From: Alphaproteobacteria bacterium
GTDB lineage: Bacteria; Pseudomonadota; Alphaproteobacteria; MPNO01
Assembly: GCA_965248835.1 (NCBI GenBank)
Contig: CBDFLJ010000002.1
Span: 1,280,001 to 1,344,000 of the forward strand
Reading direction: 5' to 3'
DNA: 64,000 nt
This document shows, piece by piece, positions 1 through 11,230 of this stretch. The notes under the pieces were generated by a model. It did not search any database and had not been told where the DNA came from. It saw only the letters and a program-made list of their open reading frames with translations. Made by a program: the position numbers and the translations under genes. How positions within the stretch are numbered: the stretch's first letter is position 1; every line of letters starts with the position of its first letter.

Positions 1-908
1 CCCGGAAGACGCCCAGCCCGCCGGTCAAGTCGCCGCTGGGCTGGCATGTGCTGGTGGTCGACGAGATCAAGCCCGGACGGCAGCCCGGCTTCGCCGAGGT
101 CAGGTCGAAGCTGCAGGCCGATCTCGCCCGCGAGCAGGCGATCGATGTGCTGGTCAAGCTCGCCAACCAGCTCGAGGATTCGCTGGCCGGCGGCGCGACC
201 CTCGAGGAGGCCGCGGCCCAGCTCGACACCAGGCTGGTGCGCCTGCGTGGGGTCGAGGCCTCGAGCAGGACCGCGACCGGCCCCGAGGGGGAGAAACTGC
301 TGAAGAGCCAGCGGTTCCTCAGGGTGGCCTTCGAGACCGGCGAGGCTCAGCTAAGCGACCTGACGGAGACGTCGCAGGGGGGGCATTTCATCCTGCGGGT
401 TGACCGGGTCGATCCACCGGCGCTGGAGCCGTTCGACAAGGTGCGCAAGGACGTCGAGACGGCCTGGCGCAACGACAAGCTCGCCAACGCTGCCAGCGAA
501 CGGGCGAAGAAGTTGCTGGAGGAGGTCCGTGCGGGCCGCACCCTGGAGGATGTGGCGGCGGACGCTCGGCTTACCGTGGCGGTGACACCGGCGTTTACCC
601 GCTACGATCAGGGCGAGAACCCGGCGCTGCCCAGCGCGCTCGCCACCGAACTGTTCGGCGCGAAGCTCGGCGAGGCGATGGGCGGGCCGACCGGAGATGG
701 CTATGCGATCGCCGTCCTCCACAAGATCGAGCCGGCCACGGCCAAAGCAGGAGACCCGGCCTTCGACAGCCTGGGGGCGGAACTCAGAAACGCCATTGCC
801 GCCGACCTGCTGGATCAGTACACGCGCTCGCTGCGCCGGATCTATGCGGTAAGCGTCGATTCGGCCGCGCTCGACCGGCTGTTCGACGGCGGAATCATCA
901 CCCGCTGA
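1..908 (+). CDS. ppiD: PpiD/SurA-family peptidyl-prolyl isomerase/periplasmic chaperone (5' truncated by window)
   Basis: Frame runs from the window start: rotamase motif PVKSPLGWHV, then LANQLEDSLAGGATLEEAA; usual position upstream of the trp genes in Alphaproteobacteria. Confidence 0.8.
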   Translation, partial: RKTPSPPVKSPLGWHVLVVDEIKPGRQPGFAEVRSKLQADLAREQAIDVLVKLANQLEDSLAGGATLEEAAAQLDTRLVRLRGVEASSRTATGPEGEKLLKSQRFLRVAFETGEAQLSDLTETSQGGHFILRVDRVDPPALEPFDKVRKDVETAWRNDKLANAASERAKKLLEEVRAGRTLEDVAADARLTVAVTPAFTRYDQGENPALPSALATELFGAKLGEAMGGPTGDGYAIAVLHKIEPATAKAGDPAFDSLGAELRNAIAADLLDQYTRSLRRIYAVSVDSAALDRLFDGGIITR

Positions 909-1136
909 GTGGCCGGGGCACCGCAAAACCCGGGCCGGACCTGTGCCCCATAGGGCGAACGCTGATCATCCCGGGTTGCTTAAAGCCGATTTGCCAAGCC
1001 AGCATCGGCAGGCCGGCTGCGATCGGCTATGATGGCCGGAGCTTAGCTGCTATAAGGAGGTGAAAAGGCTGATATTTTACATTATAAATTTCTGTCAATT
1101 AATTGTTATTTTTCCATATTTCAAAATCAGAATGAC

Positions 1137-2204
1137 ATGAGCAGGGATTTCGACACCTTCAAGGAAGTCCTCGGCCGGGTGGCCGACGGCGCGCGGCTGG
1201 ACGAGTCCGAGGCCGAGGGCGCGTTCGACACGATCATGTCCGGCAATGCGACTCCGGCGCAGATCGGCGCTTTTCTGATGGCGCTCCGGCTGCGCGGCGA
1301 GACGGTCGACGAGATCACCGGGGCTGCACGGATCATGCGCGCCAAGGCGGCACGGATCACCGCACCCAAGGGCGCGATCGATGTCGTCGGTACCGGCGGC
1401 GACGGGGCGGGCACGCTCAACATCTCCACGGCCGCGGCGCTGGTCGTCGCCGGCTGCGGCGTGCCGGTGGCCAAGCACGGCAACCGGGCGCTGTCCTCGC
1501 GCTCCGGCGCGGCCGACGTGTTGACCGCGCTGGGCGTCAACATCGATGCCGATTTCAGCCAGATCGAGCGCTGCATCAGAGAAGCCAAGGTCGGCTTCAT
1601 GATGGCGCCGCGCCACCACAGCGCCACGCGCCACGTTGCCGGCCCACGGGTCGAACTGGCCGTACGCACGATCTTCAACGTGCTTGGCCCGCTGTCGAAC
1701 CCCGCCTTCGTCGATCGGCTGCTGGTCGGTGTCTATGACGGCGCATGGGTCGAGCCGCTGGCCGAGGTGCTGGGCCGCCTGGGCTCGGAGCGTGCGTGGG
1801 TGGTCCACGGCGCCGGCGGGCTCGACGAATTGACCTCGGTTGGCCAGACCCAGATCGCCGAGTGGGCCGATGGCAGCGTCCGGCAGTTCGTGCTTACCGC
1901 CGCCGATGCGGGCCTGGGCGAGGGCAGGCTCGAAGAGCTGAAGGGCGGCGACGGCGCATACAACGCCGAGCAGCTAACCGCGCTGCTCGACGGCGCGCCC
2001 GGCACATACCGCGACACGGTGCTGATGACGGCAGGCGGCGCGCTCGTCGTCGCAGGCCTCACCACAGACTTCCGCGACGGCGTCGACCGGGCCGCGCGAT
2101 CGATCGATCAAGGCGAGGCCGGCACATGCCTCGCGCGCCTGGTCGAGATCTCCAACGAAGTCCCCGAGCCGCCGCCGGAAGCATCCGCGGAAGGCGGCCG
2201 ATGA
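1137..2204 (+). CDS. trpD: Anthranilate phosphoribosyltransferase
   Basis: DVVGTGGDG, NISTAAA and KHGNRALSSRSGAADVL motifs. Confidence 0.97.
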   Translation: MSRDFDTFKEVLGRVADGARLDESEAEGAFDTIMSGNATPAQIGAFLMALRLRGETVDEITGAARIMRAKAARITAPKGAIDVVGTGGDGAGTLNISTAAALVVAGCGVPVAKHGNRALSSRSGAADVLTALGVNIDADFSQIERCIREAKVGFMMAPRHHSATRHVAGPRVELAVRTIFNVLGPLSNPAFVDRLLVGVYDGAWVEPLAEVLGRLGSERAWVVHGAGGLDELTSVGQTQIAEWADGSVRQFVLTAADAGLGEGRLEELKGGDGAYNAEQLTALLDGAPGTYRDTVLMTAGGALVVAGLTTDFRDGVDRAARSIDQGEAGTCLARLVEISNEVPEPPPEASAEGGR

Positions 2205-2998
2205 GCGACGTGCTCGCGCGCATCTGCGAGGTCAAGCGCGCCCACGTCGCCGATGTCCGCGCCCGCCACCCGCTGAGCGAGGTGAAGGAGCGCGCGTGCG
2301 CCGCATCGCCGCCGCGCGGGTTCGCCGCCACCCTGGCCGAGGCCAGGACGGCCGGCGTCTACGGCCTGATCGCCGAGATCAAGCGCGCCTCGCCCAGCAA
2401 GGGAATGATCCGTGAGGAATTCGAGCCCGCCATGCTGGCGCGCGCCTATTGCGAAGGCGGCGCGCGCTGCCTGTCGGTGCTGACCGACATGCCGTATTTC
2501 TGCGGTGCGGACGACCATTTGCTGGCCGCCCGCGCCGCCGTCAACCTGCCGGTGCTGCGCAAGGACTTCATGCTGGACCCCTATCAGATCGTCGAGGCGC
2601 GATCGATCGGCGCGGATTGCGTGCTGCTGATCATGGCGGCGCTGGGCGACGGCCAGGCGGGCGAGCTTGCCGGTCTGGCGCAGAGCCTGGGCATGGACAT
2701 CCTGGTCGAGGTGCATGATGAGGCCGAGCTTGCCCGCGCGCTCGATCTCGGCACCGGGATCATCGGCGTCAACAACCGCAACCTCAAGACCCTGGTTACC
2801 GACACCGCGACCACGATTCGGCTGGCGCCGCTGGTGCCGGAAGACCGCCTGGTCGTCGCCGAGAGCGGCCTGTCGAGCCCCGCTGATCTTGCCGCGATGA
2901 AGGCTGCCGGCGTGACCACCTTCCTGATCGGCGAAGCGCTGATGAGCAAACAGGACGTGCGCGCCGCGACTGCGGAAATCCTGGGCCGGGCCGCGTGA
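2201..2998 (+). CDS. trpC: Indole-3-glycerol phosphate synthase
   Basis: ATG at 2201 overlaps the trpD stop (ATGA); [24 protein letters not shown] and VAESG motifs. Confidence 0.97.
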   Translation: MSDVLARICEVKRAHVADVRARHPLSEVKERACAASPPRGFAATLAEARTAGVYGLIAEIKRASPSKGMIREEFEPAMLARAYCEGGARCLSVLTDMPYFCGADDHLLAARAAVNLPVLRKDFMLDPYQIVEARSIGADCVLLIMAALGDGQAGELAGLAQSLGMDILVEVHDEAELARALDLGTGIIGVNNRNLKTLVTDTATTIRLAPLVPEDRLVVAESGLSSPADLAAMKAAGVTTFLIGEALMSKQDVRAATAEILGRAA

Positions 2999-3480
2999 TG
3001 GCCGAGTTCAGCCACATCGACGAAGAAGGCAAGGCGGTGATGGTCGACGTCACAGCCAAACCGGCCACCGAACGGGTTGCGACCGCGCGCGGCGAGGTCG
3101 CGATGTCGCCCGGGACCATCGCCCGGATCGCTGAAGGCAGCGTGGCCAAGGGCGATGTGCTGAGCGTGGCCCGGCTGGCCGGCATCATGGGCGCCAAGCA
3201 GACCGCCAACCTGATCCCGCTGTGTCATCCGCTGGCGCTGAACGCGATCGACCTCGACTTGCGCTGCGATACCGCGCGCGGGGTCGTCGCGATCGAGGCG
3301 ACCTGCCGGCTTGTCGGGCGTACGGGCGTGGAGATGGAGGCGCTGACCGCGGTCAGCATCGCCGCACTGACGATCTACGACATGTGCAAGGCGGTTGAGC
3401 GCGGCATGCGGATCGGCGAGATCCGGTTGGTTCACAAGGCCGGCGGGCGGTCCGGCACCTACCTGTCTGAGGAGAGATGA
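2998..3480 (+). CDS. moaC: Cyclic pyranopterin monophosphate synthase MoaC
   Basis: [23 protein letters not shown] and YDMCKA motifs; TGATG coupling to trpC. Confidence 0.97.
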   Translation: MAEFSHIDEEGKAVMVDVTAKPATERVATARGEVAMSPGTIARIAEGSVAKGDVLSVARLAGIMGAKQTANLIPLCHPLALNAIDLDLRCDTARGVVAIEATCRLVGRTGVEMEALTAVSIAALTIYDMCKAVERGMRIGEIRLVHKAGGRSGTYLSEER

Positions 3481-4694
3481 TCCCGGTCGCCGAGGCGCGT
3501 GCGCGGATTCTGCAGACGCTGGAGCCTACCCCAGCCGAACAGGTCGCGCTCGCCGACGGGCTGGGCCGCGTGCTCGCGCACGATGTCACGGCCAGGCGCA
3601 CTCAGCCGCCGCTGGCGGTCTCGGCGATGGACGGCTATGCGGTTCGGGCAGCCGACGTCGAGTCCCTGCCCGCGCAACTCACAGTGATCGGCTATGCCCC
3701 GGCGGGCAGCGCCTTCACCGGCGCCGTCGGGCCGGGCCAGGCGGTGCGCATCTTCACCGGTGCGCCGGTGCCCGAAGGTGCCGACACGATCGTCATCCAG
3801 GAGAACACCGAAGAGGCCGATGGCGGGCTCACCGTGGTTGCAGGATCCGCGCCGCTGGGTCGCTATGTCCGGCCGGCCGGGCTCGACTTTTCCGAGGGCG
3901 AGGTGTTGCTGCGCGCCGGCCGCGTGCTGACCGCGCGGGACCTGGGTCTGGCCGCGGGCATGAACGTCCCCTGGCTGATGGTCCACCGCAAGCCCAGGGT
4001 CGCGATTCTGGCGACGGGCGACGAGATCGTCATGCCGGGCGAGCCGATCGGCGACAACCAGATCGTAAGCTCGAACGCTATGGCCCTGGCCGGCTTCGTC
4101 GAGGCCGAGGGCGGCATCGCCGTCGACCTCGGCATCGCACCGGACTCTGCCAAGGCGCTGAAGGCGATGGCCGCCGGCGCGCGCGGCACCGATCTGGTGA
4201 TTACCACTGGCGGCGCTTCGGTCGGCGATCACGACCTGGTCAGATCGGTGCTTGGCGAAGTCGGGCTCGAAGTCGATTTCTGGCGCATCGCGATGCGGCC
4301 CGGCAAGCCGCTGATCTTCGGCCGGCTGGCCGGCACGCCATTGCTCGGCCTGCCCGGCAACCCGGTTTCCTCGCTTGTCTGCGCGGTGATCTTCCTGCGC
4401 CCGGCGCTGGCTGCGCTGCTCGGTTCGGACAGAGGTGGACAGGCCAGCGAGACCGCTATCCTCGGCGTCGATCTACCGCCGAACGACGAACGGGAGGACT
4501 ATCTGCGCGCCACACTGGCGCGCGACGAGCGGGGCCGGGCGGTCGTCCGCCCGTTCCACATCCAGGACAGCTCCATGTTCGCCAACATGGCGCGCGCGCA
4601 CTGTCTGGTGATCCGTCCGCCGCACGCGCCGGTCGCGCCGGCGGGAAGCGACGTCGAAATTCTCCTCCTTGGCGGCGGCATCTGCGGCATCTGA
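3477..4694 (+). CDS. moeA: Molybdopterin molybdenumtransferase MoeA
   Basis: [35 protein letters not shown] and LPGNPVS motifs. Confidence 0.96.
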   Translation: MIPVAEARARILQTLEPTPAEQVALADGLGRVLAHDVTARRTQPPLAVSAMDGYAVRAADVESLPAQLTVIGYAPAGSAFTGAVGPGQAVRIFTGAPVPEGADTIVIQENTEEADGGLTVVAGSAPLGRYVRPAGLDFSEGEVLLRAGRVLTARDLGLAAGMNVPWLMVHRKPRVAILATGDEIVMPGEPIGDNQIVSSNAMALAGFVEAEGGIAVDLGIAPDSAKALKAMAAGARGTDLVITTGGASVGDHDLVRSVLGEVGLEVDFWRIAMRPGKPLIFGRLAGTPLLGLPGNPVSSLVCAVIFLRPALAALLGSDRGGQASETAILGVDLPPNDEREDYLRATLARDERGRAVVRPFHIQDSSMFANMARAHCLVIRPPHAPVAPAGSDVEILLLGGGICGI

Positions 4695-4748
4695 GCCTGG
4701 ATTTCTTCATCGGCGAATCGTCGGCGCGTCGTCGGGCCGCTTCGATGC

Positions 4749-4802
4749 TTGACGAGACACCAGAACTTAACTAGAACCTGTGGCGAGGTTTTCGTTTTGT
4801 TC
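4749..4802 (+). promoter_or_regulatory. lexA sigma70 promoter with two alphaproteobacterial SOS boxes
   Basis: TTGACG(4749-54)-N17-TAGAAC(4772-77); perfect GAAC-N7-GAAC at 4763-4777 overlaps the -10; second box GTTT-N7-GTTC at 4788-4802. Confidence 0.85.
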
Positions 4803-4836
4803 CAGATGTTGTGTGGCTGCAACCGAGGCGAGGAGA

Positions 4837-5541
4837 ATGTTGACAGCAAAGCAATACGAGCTGCTGCTCTATATTGATACCTTCATCACACAGCACGGCG
4901 TCTCTCCGTCTTTCGACGAGATGAAGGAGGCGTTGAACCTGAAGTCCAAGTCGGGGATCCATCGCCTGATCACGGCTCTGGAGGAGCGCGGGTTCATCGG
5001 CCGCCTACCCTATCGCGCCCGCGCGCTGGAGGTGCGCCGCCGCCCGGAAAAAATGTCCAGAGAGGGGCATCGGCCGCCCGACCGCGGCTTTGCGCCGCGG
5101 GTTATCAAGGGCGATTTCTCGACCGGGCTCGGCGGGGCGGCCGCGCCGTCGCAGGGCGATATCGTTGCCTTGCCGCTCTACGGCCGGATCGCGGCTGGCG
5201 TGCCGATCGAAGCGCTGCGCGACACCACGCAGACCTTCGGCATGCCGGCGAGCCTGTTGGGCGGCGGCGAGCATTACGCGCTGGAAGTCGCCGGCGATTC
5301 GATGATCGACGCCGGCATCCATGACGGTGATATCGCGGTCATCCGGCGTGGCGAGACCGCCGAGAACGGCGACATCGTGGTCGCCCTTCTGGCTGACGAC
5401 GAGGTGACGCTGAAGCGGTTCCGCAGGCGCGGAGACTCGATCGCGCTCGAGCCGGCCAACCCGGCCCACGAGACCCGGATATTCGGACCCGATCAGGTCA
5501 AGGTTCAGGGTCGCTTGGCCGCCTTGTTCCGCCTGTACTGA
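4837..5541 (+). CDS. lexA: SOS repressor LexA
   Basis: AGGAG RBS then MLTAKQ; [21 protein letters not shown] helix-turn-helix, AG cleavage site (IAAGVP), GDSM catalytic Ser, TLKR catalytic Lys. Confidence 0.97.
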   Translation: MLTAKQYELLLYIDTFITQHGVSPSFDEMKEALNLKSKSGIHRLITALEERGFIGRLPYRARALEVRRRPEKMSREGHRPPDRGFAPRVIKGDFSTGLGGAAAPSQGDIVALPLYGRIAAGVPIEALRDTTQTFGMPASLLGGGEHYALEVAGDSMIDAGIHDGDIAVIRRGETAENGDIVVALLADDEVTLKRFRRRGDSIALEPANPAHETRIFGPDQVKVQGRLAALFRLY

Positions 5542-7636
5542 GCCGTCCAGGGCCGCAGCCCCCTGCCCTGAGCGACGCTGCGCACGCGGACCGTATCTCC
5601 CTCCGACCACAGCGCGTGCGCACCGTTGCTGTAGCGCGCACGGCGATCGATGATTGGATCCGGGCCACGGCAGCGCCATCGCTTTACGGCAACCGCCGCG
5701 ATCACTGCCGCCGCCCTGGCGCAGTCCTCCAGCAGTGCGGCGCGGTCGGTGACGATCGCAACCACTGGGCCCGTGCCGGCACGCACACATCCCAGGCGGT
5801 CGCAGGCGAGCTGGCCTGCCGCCGGTGCGCCTGGGCGAGGCCAGGGCGCTGCCGCACCCAGCCCGGCACGGCGCAGCCACAGATCGCGGGTATAGCTACG
5901 GGTGCCGGGCGAGACCGCGAGCCCGCCGTCGGCGAGCCGCACAGCGAAGGCTCCAGGCGCCCGGCCGGCAAAGATATCGGGCGGCCGATCCAGCAGCGCG
6001 ATGGGAATTGCCGCGAGCATGGGCAGAACGCCCGCCAGGCGCAAACGGCCCTGCCACAGCGCGAGCCACAAGCCACCCGCCGCCACCGCGACCAGGCATG
6101 CGACCGGCACCGCGCGGACCAGAAGCACCGCATCGGGCCAGGACGAGACTTCGCGCGCAACGGCGACGACCGCACCGATCCCCCAACCCATCGGTGTCAG
6201 TGCCAGCCCTTCCAGCCCCAAGCACATCAGGGCGAAGGCGGCGATCGCCCACGGCATGATCCATAACCCGGTGATTGGGATCGCGATCAGGTTGGCGATC
6301 ACGCCATAAAGCGCGAACCGGTTGAAGTGATAGATCGCAAACGGCGCGGTGGCCGAGCCGGCGATCAGCGTGGTGAGCGCAATTCCCGCGCCATAGAGCA
6401 CGAGCCGGCGCGCCGGTCCGGCATCGCTTCTGAACGCTGCCAGCCGCTGGGCGTTGGCCTCGTAGAGGCGACAAGAGCGACGACGGCGGCGAAAGAGAGC
6501 TGGAAGCTGGCGCTGAGCACGCTTTCCGGCGAGATAAGCAGGACGACCGCGCCTGAGACGGCAACCAGCCGCATCGAGATCGGGTTGCGGTCGAGGATAA
6601 TCGCCAGGAGGACGATGCCCAGCATCAGGAACGCGCGCTGCGTCGGGATCGAAGCGCCTGAGATCACGAGGTATCCGAGCGCGCCGATGAACGCGCCCAC
6701 GGCGGCCCATTTTTTGATCGGGTAGCGCAGCGCTAGCGCGGGTACCGACGCCATCGCCCCGCGCAGCACACCGAACAGCAGTCCCGCAACCAGGGCGAAA
6801 TGAAGCCCGGAGATTGCCAGCAGGTGCGCAAGCCCTGAATCGCGAATCGCAGCCAGGATCTCGGGTGGGATCGCGCGGCGCTCCCCGGTGGTCAGCGCCG
6901 CCGCAATCGCGTTCTCCGGTGCCGGCAGGGCGGCCAGGATCCGCGCGGTCACTGCGTGACGGAGCCCGTTGATGGCTGCGCGAAGCCCCGGGGTGTCCGG
7001 CCCTGGCGCCACCTGCGCGGTCCCGAGCGCGAAGCCGACCGCGCCGATCCCATCAAAATAGGCCCGCCGGGCGAAATCGAACGCGCCAGGCGCGGCGGGT
7101 TCGGGCGGCGGTTGAAGGATCGCAAGCGCGCGCAACCGCGTGCCCGGCGCCGGGTCGGCAGCGGCCCGGCGGACCCTTATCCGGATCCGCCGGGGAGAGG
7201 AAGCGGGATCATGCCCGACGATCAGCGGATCGGCCAACCGCAAGCGCCAACCGCCGACCCCGTCAGGCGAGGCCGCCTCGATGAGCCCTTCGACCATTAC
7301 CGGCCCCAGCCGTTTGTCCAGAACGGGCGCAGCTACCGTGGCGGTGCGGAGCTGGGCAACGCCAAAGCCCAGCCCGGCGACGCCCGCGACCAACAGAGCC
7401 GGTGCCGCTCCATGGCGGTACAAACCGACGGCCGGCACCATCAGCAGCGCGCATGCGAGGCCCAGCCAGCCTGCGGGCTCGGCCGGAAGGGCGAAGTAGA
7501 CGGCGATGCCCAGCCCGAGCGCCGGCGCCAGCCAGAGGACCCAGCGATCGCGCTGCGCGGCGATCTCCCGTATCGGCGCCAGGCACGCACGCACACCCGC
7601 TGCGCCGGATGCGAAATACGCGCTCAGCCCGGCCAT
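5505..7636 (-). pseudogene. comEC: ComEC/Rec2 competence protein, split by a 1-nt frameshift at ~6465
   Basis: 5' frame has SGLAHLLAISGLH and SFQLSFAAV; 3' frame continues YE...TAPFAIYHFNRFALYGVIANL; junction reads GCC TC TAC GAG (one base missing). Confidence 0.8.
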
Positions 7637-7698
7637 GACATATGGCGCCCGATCGTGTATGCGCTGTCCGCCAAGATCTTCGGCGCCGAGGAGACAGC

Positions 7699-9102
7699 AT
7701 GACCGTGATCACGCGCTTTGCCCCCTCGCCCACCGGATTCCTTCATATCGGCGGAGCGCGCACGGCGCTGTTCAACTGGCTTTTCGCACGTCATCACGAC
7801 GGCCGATTTCTGCTGCGCATCGAGGACACCGACCGCCGGCGCTCGACGGAAGAAGCGGTCGAGGCGATCTTCGACGGGCTATCCTGGCTCGGCATCGACT
7901 GGGATGGCGAGCCGGTCCGCCAGTTCGCCCGCTCGTCCCGCCATGTCGCTGCCGCCCAACGCCTGCTCGCCGAAGGAAACGCCTACCACTGTTATGCCAC
8001 ACAAGCCGAGCTGGCCGAAATGCGTGAACGCTCCCGCGAGCAAGGCCGCACCATGCTTTATGACGGCCGGTGGCGCGATCGGGATCCGGCGGAGGCGCCG
8101 CCCGACGCCGCCCCGGTAATCCGGTTCAAGGCGCCGCGCGAGGGCGAGACCTTCATTGAGGACGGTGTGCAGGGAACGGTCCGGGTCGCCAATGCGCAGC
8201 TCGACGACATGATCCTGCTGCGCGCCGACGGCACGCCGACCTACATGCTCGCCGTCGTGGTCGACGACTACGAGATGGGGATCACCGACGTGATCCGGGG
8301 CGACGACCACTTGACGAACGCATTTCGCCAGACCCAGCTCTTTCGCGCGCTCGGCTGGTCGCCGCCGCGCTTTGCCCACATCCCGCTGATCCACGGCCCG
8401 GACGGCGCGAAGCTCTCCAAGCGCCACGGCGCGCTCGGCGTGGCGGCCTACCGCGACATGGGGTTTCTGCCCGATGCGCTTGTCAACGCACTGTTGCGGC
8501 TCGGCTGGAGTCACGGCGACGAGGAGATCATTGCGCGCAAGCAGGCGATCGGCTGGTTCGACTTGGACGGCATCGGGCGCGGCGCAGCGCGGTTCGACAT
8601 GGCGCGGCTCACGAGCCTCAACGCCCACTATATCCAGCAGGAGGACCCGGCGCGGCTGGTCGCCTTGATCCGCGGCGGTATCGAGCGGAGGCTCTCCCGC
8701 AGGCTCGATGAAACCGAGATCGAGCGGCTGGAAGCGGCCATACCCGGCTTAAAGACGCGTTCGAAAACATTGCTAGAACTTTCTGAAAACGCCTTCTTTT
8801 ATGTCATACCACGCAAAATTCCGATTGGGGAAAAGGCCAACAAGGCCTTAAGTCAGGCGGCCCGCGCGATGCTGGCCGAGCTGGCCGCGGTGCTGCCGGG
8901 GCCCGAAGGCTGGAGCGAGAAAGAGATTGAGGCCGCGGTGCGGGGCTTCGCCGAGGAACGCCGGCTCGCGCTTGGCGCGGTCGCCCAACCGTTGCGTGCC
9001 GCGCTGACCGGCAGCACGGTTTCACCCGGAATCTTCGAGGTCGCCGCCGTGCTCGGGCACACCGAAACGCTCGGCCGGATCGGCGACATCACCGAAGCCT
9101 GA
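7699..9102 (+). CDS. gltX: Glutamate--tRNA ligase
   Basis: [14 protein letters not shown] (HIGH motif), LRIEDTD, KLSKR (KMSKS motif); GAGGAG RBS before ATG 7699. Confidence 0.97.
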   Translation: MTVITRFAPSPTGFLHIGGARTALFNWLFARHHDGRFLLRIEDTDRRRSTEEAVEAIFDGLSWLGIDWDGEPVRQFARSSRHVAAAQRLLAEGNAYHCYATQAELAEMRERSREQGRTMLYDGRWRDRDPAEAPPDAAPVIRFKAPREGETFIEDGVQGTVRVANAQLDDMILLRADGTPTYMLAVVVDDYEMGITDVIRGDDHLTNAFRQTQLFRALGWSPPRFAHIPLIHGPDGAKLSKRHGALGVAAYRDMGFLPDALVNALLRLGWSHGDEEIIARKQAIGWFDLDGIGRGAARFDMARLTSLNAHYIQQEDPARLVALIRGGIERRLSRRLDETEIERLEAAIPGLKTRSKTLLELSENAFFYVIPRKIPIGEKANKALSQAARAMLAELAAVLPGPEGWSEKEIEAAVRGFAEERRLALGAVAQPLRAALTGSTVSPGIFEVAAVLGHTETLGRIGDITEA

Positions 9103-9209
9103 AGGCCCTGGCGTCCCTGGCCAAATTTGCGTCGCCGAGCCGATCCCGGTAAATTACGGCAATTCGGTCGCACCGAACCGAAACCCTTACGAAACACGGG
9201 GAATACCAT

Positions 9210-10541
9210 ATGAGCGATGACTCGTCGGCCGCCGTGGCGATACCTCCCAAAGACAGCGTGTCCGTGACCAACAACGCAAGCGGCGAGACGGTTACGATGC
9301 CTGTCCTGCAAGGCACCGCCGGCCCGAAGGTCATCGATATCCGGAAGCTTTACGCCACAACGGATATGTTCACCTATGACCCGGGCTATACGGCGACGGG
9401 AAGCTGTGAGTCCAAGATCACCTATATCGACGGCGACAAAGGCGTCCTGCTGCACCGCGGCTATGCGATCGACGAGCTGGCGATCCAAAGCGACTTCATG
9501 GAAGTCTGCTATCTGCTGCTCTACGGCGAGCTTCCGACCCATGACCAGAAGGAGACTTTCGTTACCGCGATCACCCGTCACACGATGGTTCACGAGCAAC
9601 TGCACAAGTTCATCGACGGGTTCAGGCGCGATGCCCATCCGATGGCGATCATGTGCGGCGTCGTCGGCGCGCTGTCCGCGTTCTATCACGACAGCACCGA
9701 CATCGCAGATGCCCGCCAGCGGATGATCGCCTCCTACCGGATGATCGCCAAGATGCCCACCTTGGCCGCGTGGGCGTTCAAATACTCGCTTGGCCAGCCA
9801 TTCATCTACCCGCGGAACGACCTCTCCTATGCGGAGAACCTGATCCATATGTTGTTCGCCACGCCGTGCGAGGACTACGAGATAAGCCCGGTCGTCGCCA
9901 GGGCGCTGGACCGCATACTGATCCTGCACGCCGATCACGAGCAGAACGCCTCGACCTCGACGGTGCGCCTGGCCGGCTCCAGCGGCGCCAACCCGTTCGC
10001 CTGCATCGCCGCGGGGATTGCAAGCCTGTGGGGACCGGCCCACGGCGGCGCCAACGAGGCGGTGCTCAACATGCTCAATGAGATCGGCAGCACCAACCGG
10101 ATCGCCGAGTTCATCGAGCGCGCAAAGAACCCCGAGGATCCGTTCCGGCTGATGGGCTTCGGCCATCGGGTCTACAAGAACTTCGATCCGCGCGCGCGCC
10201 TGATGCGCGAGTCCTGCCACGAGGTGCTCAACGAGATGGGGATCCACGACGAGCCGCTTTTGGAGCTCGCGATGGAGCTCGAGCGGATCGCGCTGGAGGA
10301 CGACTACTTCGTCGAGCGCAGGCTCTATCCCAATGTCGACTTCTATTCGGGCATCATCTTCAAGGCGATCGGCATCCCGGTCACCATGTTCACGGTCATC
10401 TTCGCGGTCGCACGCACCGTCGGCTGGGTCGCCCAGTGGAACGAGATGATCGAGGACCCGAACCAGAAGATCGGCCGGCCCCGCCAGCTCTACACCGGCC
10501 CCGACCAGAGAGCCTTCGTGCCTCTGAGCGAGCGCACCTAA
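9210..10541 (+). CDS. gltA: Citrate synthase (type II)
   Basis: [30 protein letters not shown] and YPNVDFYSG motifs. Confidence 0.98.
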   Translation: MSDDSSAAVAIPPKDSVSVTNNASGETVTMPVLQGTAGPKVIDIRKLYATTDMFTYDPGYTATGSCESKITYIDGDKGVLLHRGYAIDELAIQSDFMEVCYLLLYGELPTHDQKETFVTAITRHTMVHEQLHKFIDGFRRDAHPMAIMCGVVGALSAFYHDSTDIADARQRMIASYRMIAKMPTLAAWAFKYSLGQPFIYPRNDLSYAENLIHMLFATPCEDYEISPVVARALDRILILHADHEQNASTSTVRLAGSSGANPFACIAAGIASLWGPAHGGANEAVLNMLNEIGSTNRIAEFIERAKNPEDPFRLMGFGHRVYKNFDPRARLMRESCHEVLNEMGIHDEPLLELAMELERIALEDDYFVERRLYPNVDFYSGIIFKAIGIPVTMFTVIFAVARTVGWVAQWNEMIEDPNQKIGRPRQLYTGPDQRAFVPLSERT

Positions 10542-10951
10542 GCGCGCTGGATCAACTCGATGCGGTAGCCGTCGGGATCTTCAATGAAGGCCATATGAGT
10601 CTGGCTGCCGCCGAACTTCATCGGGCCCGGCTTGCGCGGCACGCTGACCCCCTCGCCTTCGAGCGCCTCGCAGACGCCGTAGACGTCCGGCACGCCGACT
10701 GCGAGGTGGCCGAACGCCGAACCGAGCTCGTAGGCCTCTTCCTGATCCCAGTTATGGGTCAGCTCGATGACCGTCGTTGCGCTCTCATCGCCGTATCCGA
10801 GAAAGGCCAGAGTGAACCGCCCGTCAGGGAACTCCCGGCGGCGCAGAACCTTCATCCCGAGATGGCGGGTGTAGAAATCGATCGATTTATCGAGATCCAG
10901 CACCCGCAGCATCGTGTGAAGAAACCGGTAGTTCGTCGCGGCATCGCTCAT
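10538..10951 (-). CDS. gloA: Lactoylglutathione lyase (glyoxalase I)
   Basis: [20 protein letters not shown] and [14 protein letters not shown] motifs. Confidence 0.95.
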   Translation of the reverse strand: MSDAATNYRFLHTMLRVLDLDKSIDFYTRHLGMKVLRRREFPDGRFTLAFLGYGDESATTVIELTHNWDQEEAYELGSAFGHLAVGVPDVYGVCEALEGEGVSVPRKPGPMKFGGSQTHMAFIEDPDGYRIELIQRA

Positions 10952-11070
10952 ATTTTATCTCCCTCCTCGGCGCACGCGACAGTCTGCTGCCGGCGTGCGA
11001 TCTCCAGAACCATGTCGGCCGCCCTTGCGCTCGGCCGCAGCCCGACTAGGCAAAGCGCCGCGATCGCGCG
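10948..11070 (-). pseudogene. lpxB: C-terminal scar of lipid A disaccharide synthase LpxB
   Basis: Manual translation RAIAALCLVGLRPSARAADMVLEIARR...* resembles the LpxB C-terminus (PSxRAADxVLE); its TGA still overlaps the gloA ATG; syntenic position. Confidence 0.65.
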
Positions 11071-11152
11071 GCTCGGGGGCGGCGGCCAAGCGGCCACCGC
11101 CGCCTCGCTCTGCCTAGCCTGGGGGCGATCACGGGCATCACGGGCGATAGAA

Positions 11153-11224
11153 CGGGCCGACTCAACAATAAGAGCCTATACGCTCGCCATCAGCCGGCGA
11201 AGCACCGGGGTGGACATCGATCGT
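11153..11224 (-). pseudogene. lpxA: N-terminal scar of UDP-GlcNAc acyltransferase LpxA
   Basis: Directly after the fabZ stop: (ACG)IDVHP-GASPADGERIGSYC*VGP versus the typical LpxA start M-x-x-IHPTAIVDPGAxLADGVxIGPYCVVGP; start codon mutated, internal deletion, TGA at 11162-11164. Confidence 0.7.
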
Positions 11225-11230
11225 GTCTGC

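Noticed and set aside
960-1100. Possible trpG remnant upstream of trpD
   Set aside because: Only vague 2-4 residue similarities by eye; not supportable without an alignment.
5505-5541. 37-bp convergent overlap of the comEC and lexA 3' ends
   Set aside because: Short tail-to-tail overlaps are ordinary for this conserved gene pair.
11162-11164. TGA after Y-C in the post-fabZ fragment as possible selenocysteine
   Set aside because: The position corresponds to a hydrophobic residue in LpxA, and the fragment lacks a start and continuation, so it is a nonsense mutation.
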